DNA of 64,000 nt from Thermoplasmatota archaeon. Its GTDB lineage: Archaea > Thermoplasmatota > E2 > DHVEG-1. A model generated the notes under the pieces. It did no database searches. It was given only the letters and a program-made list of their open reading frames with translations, and was not told the origin of the DNA. The translations under genes were made by a program, and so were the position numbers. The DNA is taken from positions 558 to 64,557 of the forward strand of contig JAWOGM010000054.1 of the NCBI GenBank assembly GCA_046496795.1, given 5' to 3'. Below, in pieces: positions 57,494 through 64,000 of this stretch (the stretch's first letter is position 1; the number at the start of each line of letters is the position of its first letter).

Positions 57494-58201
57494 TTGAAAT
57501 ATAGCATGAACCAAACAATTAAAAAAACAATACCATCGATAAATTGGTGGAAACCAGTTATTTTAATCATATGTATTGTTACCTTATTTATTGTCTTTAA
57601 TCTATCGGGATCTACCGAAAACCTGATAAATGTACAAGCATGGATAAAAAATCTAGGCGCATGGGGTCCTGTGGCATTCTTTTTCATTTATATAGGAGCC
57701 ATTATTGCAACAATACCAGGGACAATTTTTGGAATACTTGCTGGTGCATTATTTGGATCGATTGCAGGAGTGATTATAATTAGCATTTCATCAACCATTG
57801 GAGCAAGTATCACTTTTCTTATTGCAAGATATTTTGCAAGAGAACCAATTTCTCAATGGCTCTCAAAAAATCCAAAAATGAAACGATTTGACCAGCTCAC
57901 CCAAACCCATGGTATGATTATGGTCGCTTTTACAAGATTAATTCCCCTATTCCCGTTTACTTTGCTCAACTACGGGTTTGGGTTAACAAAAGTACCGTTT
58001 AAAACCTATGTTTTTTGGTCCTGGCTTTGTATGCTACCTGCTACAATACTCATCGTTGTCGGTTCTGATGCTATTATGCAAGCAATTATCTCCAGACAAA
58101 TCTCAGTTGAACTGTTTGTGGTATTAATTACTTCATTTATTATTCTCATTCTTACCGGATGGTACGCGAAAAGAGAATACAACAAAAAAACAGGGAAATA
58201 A
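57494..58201 (+). CDS. TVP38/TMEM64 (DedA/SNARE-associated) family membrane protein
   Basis: 'GAWGPVAFFFIYIGAIIATIPGTIFGILAGALFG' and 'RLIPLFPFTLLNYGFGLT' are family hallmarks. Confidence 0.75.
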   Translation: MKYSMNQTIKKTIPSINWWKPVILIICIVTLFIVFNLSGSTENLINVQAWIKNLGAWGPVAFFFIYIGAIIATIPGTIFGILAGALFGSIAGVIIISISSTIGASITFLIARYFAREPISQWLSKNPKMKRFDQLTQTHGMIMVAFTRLIPLFPFTLLNYGFGLTKVPFKTYVFWSWLCMLPATILIVVGSDAIMQAIISRQISVELFVVLITSFIILILTGWYAKREYNKKTGK

Positions 58202-58204
58202 ACA

Positions 58205-59353
58205 ATGAATAAAATAACAACCCAAAACCAAAAACCTACAGATACAGAAACACTTCATGCAAACCTTATCCCCAAGTATATTGACACATGTATCTGTTGT
58301 AATAAATGTATGGATGCTTGTCCTGTTACAAAACCATCATTTACAATCCAAGAACTAAACAATGCATCAAAAAAAATAACACCAGTTCCATCAACTATTA
58401 GAAAGTTTGCATTTAACTGTGTACAATGTGGAAAATGCGTTCCAGTTTGCCCTATGCAAATCCGCAGAGATTATATGATCCGTTACATAAAACACAAACT
58501 ACGCCACATAAAACCAAAAACATACAAACGATACCTTTTAGTAAAAGGAGTAAAAAAAACAGGGATTAAACGAATCGTACAAAATCTATTTATTTATTTT
58601 CGAAAAATTACAACGAAAGATCTTTCTGCATATATGGAGAATACGCCTTTAATACAAAACAAGCTTCTTTTTTACCCAGGTTGTTATATCTATTCAACAA
58701 CAACCATTCGCCAAACTCTACGGCTACTAAAACATGTCAGCTCTTCAATAAGCATTATTGGAGGTGTCACCAACTGCTGTGGAGGACCTCATCTCATTCA
58801 AGGCGAATATGATCAAGCAGATAGTTGTAAAAAAATATTGTATGAAAAAATAAAAACCGTCAAACCAGATATAATACTGACAGCTTGTGCAGAATGCCAT
58901 GAAGTTTTAGAAACAATAAAAAAGCAATATAATGAAAACTATAACGTCTTACATGTCATAGAATACCTATTACAACATATTGAAAAGTTTCCGGACAAAA
59001 AAATTAGAGGAGACATGATGATACATCCTTCTTGTCGATACAAAAAAGATTCTCCTCAAATGACTGCAGCAAACCTCACAGTCAAACGATTTGCAAATCT
59101 TAGAGAGACAAAAGAAAATTTAGAATCATGCTGTTTTCAATGGAACCACCAATTTGATCAACATAACACAAACCGGCAGCAAACATATCTTTCCTCAGTT
59201 AAAAAAAACGCCTCAACACTAGCCTGTGTCTGCCTCACTTGCTACGAAGAACTTAGTAAACAAAAAACAGACGTAGAAATAATGGATATTATACAACTAT
59301 TTGATGAAGCGCTCAATAATACAAACAAAGAGAGGAAAACATGTGAACAATGA
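58205..59353 (+). CDS. Fe-S protein with 2x[4Fe-4S] ferredoxin motifs and C-terminal CCG (HdrD/GlcF-like Cys-rich) domains
   Basis: 'CICCNKCMDACPV', 'CVQCGKCVPVCPM', then 'PGCY...NCCGGPH' and 'TACAECH...PSCRY'. Confidence 0.6.
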   Translation: MNKITTQNQKPTDTETLHANLIPKYIDTCICCNKCMDACPVTKPSFTIQELNNASKKITPVPSTIRKFAFNCVQCGKCVPVCPMQIRRDYMIRYIKHKLRHIKPKTYKRYLLVKGVKKTGIKRIVQNLFIYFRKITTKDLSAYMENTPLIQNKLLFYPGCYIYSTTTIRQTLRLLKHVSSSISIIGGVTNCCGGPHLIQGEYDQADSCKKILYEKIKTVKPDIILTACAECHEVLETIKKQYNENYNVLHVIEYLLQHIEKFPDKKIRGDMMIHPSCRYKKDSPQMTAANLTVKRFANLRETKENLESCCFQWNHQFDQHNTNRQQTYLSSVKKNASTLACVCLTCYEELSKQKTDVEIMDIIQLFDEALNNTNKERKTCEQ

Positions 59354-60053
59354 AAAAACTAGCTGTATACTTCTCTTCATAAAATACCCGAAAAAAGGAC
59401 ACGTGAAAAATAGACTTGCTAAAGATATTACACAAGAAAACGCTGTCAATCTTTATAAAAAATTTGTAATTGACATCATATCAACAGTTCAACAAATCAA
59501 AACAACGCTAATTTTATGCCATCATCCATCAACTATGTTACCACAATTCCAAAAATGGCTGGGACAACACCAAAACTATATACCCCAAAAAGGAAATAAT
59601 CTTGGAGAACGAATGACGTATTGCTTTAAATATGTATTTAACAAAGGATTTCAACGTGCAATCCTTATAGGTAGTGATAGTCCTGATATCCCTAAGAAAA
59701 TTCTCACCAACGCATTAAACCAATTACAAAAAAATGACATTGTAATAGGTCCCGCAACAGATGGAGGATATTATCTCATCGGATTTAACCAAACAACATT
59801 TCTTCCTCAAATCTTCGAAAGCATAACATGGAGTAATTCAACAGTATATAAACAAACAAAAGAAAAAATTGAAAAAACAAACTATCAACTTAACATACTA
59901 CCGTTTTGGAGTGATGTCGACACCATAGATGATTTAAAAGAATTTGTACAACGTAACAAAAAAACAGATTTTAAATCCTCTCATAGTATAACATACCTTC
60001 AGAAAAACAGAAAAATCCTTGAGGGAGATAATGCCACAACAACAAAAAGATAA
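59301..60053 (+). CDS. DUF2064-family protein (GT-A-like; the rSAM-associated 'transferase 1', TIGR04282-like from memory)
   Basis: 'CILLFIKYPKKGHVKNRL' N-terminal box and 'IGSDSPD' (DxD-like). A more plausible start is GTG at 59343, which gives an 11-nt overlap with the upstream stop. Confidence 0.6.
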   Translation: MMKRSIIQTKRGKHVNNEKTSCILLFIKYPKKGHVKNRLAKDITQENAVNLYKKFVIDIISTVQQIKTTLILCHHPSTMLPQFQKWLGQHQNYIPQKGNNLGERMTYCFKYVFNKGFQRAILIGSDSPDIPKKILTNALNQLQKNDIVIGPATDGGYYLIGFNQTTFLPQIFESITWSNSTVYKQTKEKIEKTNYQLNILPFWSDVDTIDDLKEFVQRNKKTDFKSSHSITYLQKNRKILEGDNATTTKR

Positions 60054-60456
60054 ACGAGAACATTTGTTTAATAATAAAAAAAATCTTTTAGTCTACTCAT
60101 TATTTATAGCGCTAGGTAGTGTCTCTTTATTTATTTCATTAAATATGCTTTATATTGTCTTCCAGGCATATCTCTGGAACTATTCTATAAAATATATTCT
60201 TAACTCTCTAACAACATCATTTGTGCTCTTATTAGCATGCATTTTCTTTATTATAAGTTGCTTTCAAATAATAAAAAACAAAACAAACCCATACAATATT
60301 GGAACCATTGGATGTATTCTTCTAATAGTATACCCCCTATATATACTATTTATTGACACATACACACTTTCTTTTTCATATTATGTCGTTTTAATGATAG
60401 GTCCTGCTCTCATTGCTTTATTTGTAACACTAACTATAGAAAGTGGGAAAAAATAA
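60019..60456 (+). CDS. Small 4-TM membrane protein
   Basis: Four hydrophobic helices. It overlaps the end of the DUF2064 gene. Confidence 0.35.
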   Translation: MREIMPQQQKDKREHLFNNKKNLLVYSLFIALGSVSLFISLNMLYIVFQAYLWNYSIKYILNSLTTSFVLLLACIFFIISCFQIIKNKTNPYNIGTIGCILLIVYPLYILFIDTYTLSFSYYVVLMIGPALIALFVTLTIESGKK

Positions 60457-61332
60457 CTATAACTCAAATTTTTTAATAATAAAAAAAGCAACGATAAGAA
60501 ATACAGCGTAACCAGATCCAAACGTCATATGCGGATTAACTTCAATTTCTACATCAATTGCGTTGCTAGTAAATAAATTTGAATTAATATCTGTTTTGTA
60601 ATCTGCAGTCGGGCTATGCAAACCAACTGTATTTTCAATAAACTGGTTATCCTCAAGAGAGTTATCATATGAATCACGAATATTCACACCAGAAAAAGAA
60701 TTATTTCTGAAAACATTTCCAATTATCAAATTCTTATCTGAAAATTCATACAATCCAAACCCATTAAAAGAATGATTCTTTACTATATTAAAAGAAAGGA
60801 TATTATTTGACGCTCTGCTAAAATATACACCACATTGAAAATTGTTCCAAATATGATTATCCGAAATTAGATTACCCGATGTTAATTCAAGACGAATGCC
60901 ATAATAATTCTGATAAATATTGTTTCCAATTATCGTGTTATCATTTGAATTAACTGTAATTCCTGCTAAGGGAAAAGTCATTCCACTGTTTATTATAGTA
61001 AAACCAGAAACCATACAATTATCTGATTGAAGAAGTACAACATTCTTATGACCACCACCATTAATAATTGTTGTTTCTTTATCCTCCCCCATAAGAAGAA
61101 CAGATATATTCACTATTATATTTTCATAATAAGTGCCTGCGTAAACATAAATAACATCCCCTTTGAAGGCATTGTTTAATGCATCCTGAATAGAGCTATA
61201 ATTACCATCACCACTGCCGCCTACAAACAGCGTTGTATTTGCAGATGCAAAACCAAGTATAGACATGCTGCAAACACAAAACATAATAAATACCATTAGA
61301 ATAATAATCCTATAATAAATCGTTTTTTTCAT
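60457..61332 (-). CDS. Secreted right-handed parallel beta-helix (PbH1/NosD-like) repeat protein with a C-terminal TM anchor
   Basis: Signal peptide, then repeated 'N(x)I(x)NN..G(I/V)' coils ('IIGNNIYQNYYGIRL','ISDNHIWNNFQCGVYF','LSFNIVKNHSFNGFGL'). C-terminal 'YAVFLIVAFFIIKKFEL'. Confidence 0.55.
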   Translation of the reverse strand: MKKTIYYRIIILMVFIMFCVCSMSILGFASANTTLFVGGSGDGNYSSIQDALNNAFKGDVIYVYAGTYYENIIVNISVLLMGEDKETTIINGGGHKNVVLLQSDNCMVSGFTIINSGMTFPLAGITVNSNDNTIIGNNIYQNYYGIRLELTSGNLISDNHIWNNFQCGVYFSRASNNILSFNIVKNHSFNGFGLYEFSDKNLIIGNVFRNNSFSGVNIRDSYDNSLEDNQFIENTVGLHSPTADYKTDINSNLFTSNAIDVEIEVNPHMTFGSGYAVFLIVAFFIIKKFEL

Positions 61333-61441
61333 CTCAAAACAATAGTGATATCATTTAATTTATCTAATAAGTTTTTTGCAAAACAGAAGATATTTATTAC
61401 AAAATTGTAATTAAGAAAAAAAGCAATATGGTGATATAATT

Positions 61442-61777
61442 ATGAAAACAACAATTATTCTACATAGTGAATCGCTTGGTAAAGGTGATGAAAAACTTGG
61501 AAAAATATTAATGGCATCGTTTCTCAGAAAGCTTTGGGGTTTACAGAAAAAACCGGACGTTATGATCTTTTATAACTCAGCAGTAAATCTACTTACCGAT
61601 ACTTCCTCGGTTTTAGATGCATTAGATGCTTTGTCAAAAGATGGAGTTGATCTTATTGGATGTAAAACATGTATTGGATTTTATAACATTGAACAAAAAC
61701 TTTCAATAGGGCGTATGGTTGATATGCAAGAAATCGTTTCATTACTAATGAAATCAGATCGTGTTATAACTCCTTAG
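61442..61777 (+). CDS. DsrE/DsrF-like (YedF/TusD-fold) small protein
   Basis: 'TTIILHSESLGKGDEKLGKILM...DLIGCKTCIGFYN' has the topology and conserved Cys typical of the DsrE-like family. Confidence 0.5.
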   Translation: MKTTIILHSESLGKGDEKLGKILMASFLRKLWGLQKKPDVMIFYNSAVNLLTDTSSVLDALDALSKDGVDLIGCKTCIGFYNIEQKLSIGRMVDMQEIVSLLMKSDRVITP

Positions 61778-63657
61778 AAAAACTTCCAAAGCCTTATTTC
61801 ATTGCTCATACTCTCTGTAGAGTCATAATAGGCAACTATCTTTATAGTCTGTCTAAAAAACGAAGGAACATCCCAAGACCATATATAAGGAGCTTCTGTT
61901 TCTATGTGCTGTAATTTATTATTCTGATAAAACTCGACTTTTTCAACTGTTTGCACATTACCTCTGATTTGTGCTTCCACATCGATATTTCCAATTATCA
62001 GGGTAAATGGAAACCAACCAATCGTATCACCACGAACATACCCATGATTCTCTAAAGGATTGGAAATTACAATTCCGGGACTTGCATACTGCTCACCAGA
62101 GGTCTGAAAATCTATACCGTCTCCCTCTAGACCCAAGTAGCGTTGCGAGGAAAAGATATCCACACTTGCATCCCAATGCTCATGAACACCAAGACTTTCA
62201 GAGAGAAAAACACCATTATTCTCAGGATCATACACGTTTAATTGTGGCTCAGCTGCCTGATGGAGATAATTTTGAGAACCCTCGCTAGGATTTGTTCCTT
62301 CAGCATATAAAAAATCATACATCACTGAGTCAAGAGCAACAGGATCCTGCGAAATAAATAAACTATTTGTCCAATCATCATTAAACGGATACATCAAAAA
62401 CCGTGCAATAGTTTTATGATCAATCTTTGTGCCATAGAGCGCATCACCAATATACAAAAGTGTTTTTCCTCCGAGATGTTCATGCGCCAGGAGATCAACC
62501 TGAGGCGCAGGATTACCCATAATCAAGCCTGACTCATGATAGGGATGTAGATCAGCAACTCTTTCCATAAAAGAGCCGAAATGATTCTTCCCTGAAAATG
62601 TTACACCCATGCTTATAGGATGACGCTTTAATAAGGGAATGTTAATGAAATATTTTGCCTCCACAACACATGTTGGAAGAGTACGAATTAAACCATCGGC
62701 AAAATGTATCTTCTCATTACTTGCAGTTGCTTTTTCTCTTCGCGAGGCACCACCTGTTGAATCAACAAAGTTAACATCAGGGAATTCATCAACAAGTGGA
62801 AACGAAGGATATGTTTCATATCGAATGCGGTTATAAAACCAATTTGGTATAGGCCGAGATGCATCAAAAAGTGTGATATCTTCTTGCGATACTCCAACGA
62901 CATAAACAAGTTGACGTAATAATGCTTTAACTAAATGTGGACTTGCATCTCTATCATTAGTTCTTCTTATATATGGATTGCCAAAAAGAACGTAGGCATT
63001 ATTCATATTCAATTTAATAACTATCTTTTCCCCAGGTTCATATCCAGCCTCACCAAACCCCTTTTCGACATTAAAATAGGTAAAGATTACATCCCACGCC
63101 TCAGCATCATCTGTGACGCCAGCATATTGCCTAATACCATCAGAAAGCATCTGATCAATAACTGTTTGGTTGTTGTTATGTGATTGCCACCAGAATCCTT
63201 GTAAATTTCTCTGAGTAGCATGAGGATTCCAAGCCCATACAACCCGCCCAGGTGATGCACCAGTTGGTATTCCTATCGGTTGAATTGAGATAGGATCCCA
63301 AGAGCTAAGACTGGTTTGATTTGATTGGAAAGGAAATGTAGCAAAAACTACGCCAGAAATCGTAAATAAAATAATAAAAACTGTAAATAAAGCAGGTACA
63401 GTTTTAGCCCATTTTGTTTTCACGTTTCTTATCCAGACAAAAAGACCAGAAAAAAGAACCCCCCAAAACGCAATATAGCCTATTGCAACAGATATAGCAA
63501 CCTGCTGACAGGGATATCGAGCGCGTGTAGGATTAGGAATAACTCGTACAAGAAACCAAATAATTGCAATCAATCCAGCAAGGTGAAACCATAAGCCTCT
63601 CCAGTTCTTCATTCTCTGCCATAGCGATATCTTTTCATCGCAATGATGTATCTTCAT
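61774..63657 (-). CDS. Large membrane-anchored extracytoplasmic protein of unknown function (possibly a DUF362-like core)
   Basis: Three N-terminal TM helices, then a ~530-aa soluble domain. The DUF362 assignment is a weak guess resting only on the 'KIVIKLNMN' motif. Confidence 0.35.
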   Translation of the reverse strand: MKIHHCDEKISLWQRMKNWRGLWFHLAGLIAIIWFLVRVIPNPTRARYPCQQVAISVAIGYIAFWGVLFSGLFVWIRNVKTKWAKTVPALFTVFIILFTISGVVFATFPFQSNQTSLSSWDPISIQPIGIPTGASPGRVVWAWNPHATQRNLQGFWWQSHNNNQTVIDQMLSDGIRQYAGVTDDAEAWDVIFTYFNVEKGFGEAGYEPGEKIVIKLNMNNAYVLFGNPYIRRTNDRDASPHLVKALLRQLVYVVGVSQEDITLFDASRPIPNWFYNRIRYETYPSFPLVDEFPDVNFVDSTGGASRREKATASNEKIHFADGLIRTLPTCVVEAKYFINIPLLKRHPISMGVTFSGKNHFGSFMERVADLHPYHESGLIMGNPAPQVDLLAHEHLGGKTLLYIGDALYGTKIDHKTIARFLMYPFNDDWTNSLFISQDPVALDSVMYDFLYAEGTNPSEGSQNYLHQAAEPQLNVYDPENNGVFLSESLGVHEHWDASVDIFSSQRYLGLEGDGIDFQTSGEQYASPGIVISNPLENHGYVRGDTIGWFPFTLIIGNIDVEAQIRGNVQTVEKVEFYQNNKLQHIETEAPYIWSWDVPSFFRQTIKIVAYYDSTESMSNEIRLWKFF

Positions 63658-64000
63658 TATTATCCCCTATATAGACAACAAGTTTTTAGCTATAAAAAGA
63701 TTACTGCCTTTTATTATCACCGGATTATTTACAAAATTTAAAAAAACATATCAACAAAACCTTTTTTATATGAAAAACTTTGTTATTCCAATCGTGTTAA
63801 CAAACCTAAATGCCATATCAAGAGTGATATCAGTTGTCGTCAATAATTGAAAAATTTTTTTCACTCGCAATCCTTTTTGATAACCTGGACCAAACATCGC
63901 TTTGATTTTTTTTTCATAATTAATTAATTTTTCGTTATATGAAAAATAGCGCTGTATTGCAATGCCACATTCTCTTGCACCAACCATAGCAGAATCAATA

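Noticed and set aside
63766-63987. 73-aa minus-strand ORF at the window end
   Set aside because: It has no recognisable motif and may be the tail of a gene extending beyond the window. There is insufficient evidence to call it.
1-64000. CRISPR array or other regularly spaced repeats
   Set aside because: I found no series of short direct repeats with uniform spacers in any intergenic region. The only notable repeats are the att 15-mer pair and short operator-like repeats.

Overview
This is a visibly AT-rich stretch of archaeal chromosome. The archaeal assignment rests on aEF-1alpha followed by ribosomal protein uS10, a UbiA-family prenyltransferase with a dolichol-kinase-like membrane protein, HypC/HypD, and archaeal-type RBS/TATA signals. 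Ordinary housekeeping and metabolic genes make up much of the window: photolyase, ALDH, PepD, class I aldolase, a Zn-dependent alcohol dehydrogenase, PurQ, family 4 UDG, M18 aminopeptidase, PGM/PMM, a sugar nucleotidyltransferase, and four tRNAs. Among them sit several accessory islands. The clearest is a ~9.1 kb integrated element at 39663-48735. It is bounded by a 15-bp direct repeat (TTACGGACGTGGCGG) that duplicates the 3' end of tRNA-Arg(TCT). Its right end carries a tyrosine integrase that reads into the tRNA, and it also carries an RHH protein, a DUF559/Vsr-like nuclease-fold protein and a 2103-aa, sequon-rich giant surface protein with a gingipain (C25)-like domain. Three secreted proteins share a conserved C-terminal tail (...P-I-L-x-Q-L-L/V-G-L); one of them sits inside the element, one just outside it, and one lies ~10 kb upstream. 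This tail is a candidate uncharacterised sorting or anchoring signal. Other notable loci are:
- two tandem YbjQ(UPF0145)+ABC-exporter modules behind a TATA box and a perfect 14-bp palindrome;
- a DUF89 gene followed by two MinD-like 4Fe-4S ATPase genes, the second of which has no canonical start codon and an ATAG stop/start overlap;
- a radical SAM / Cys-rich / GT2 / DUF2064 / TVP38 / CCG-FeS cluster resembling the 'rSAM-selenodomain-associated' neighbourhood, but with Cys in place of Sec;
- a B12-binding radical SAM paired with a Trp-rich small protein;
- an actin-like ATPase with membrane partners.
No CRISPR array or rRNA is present.
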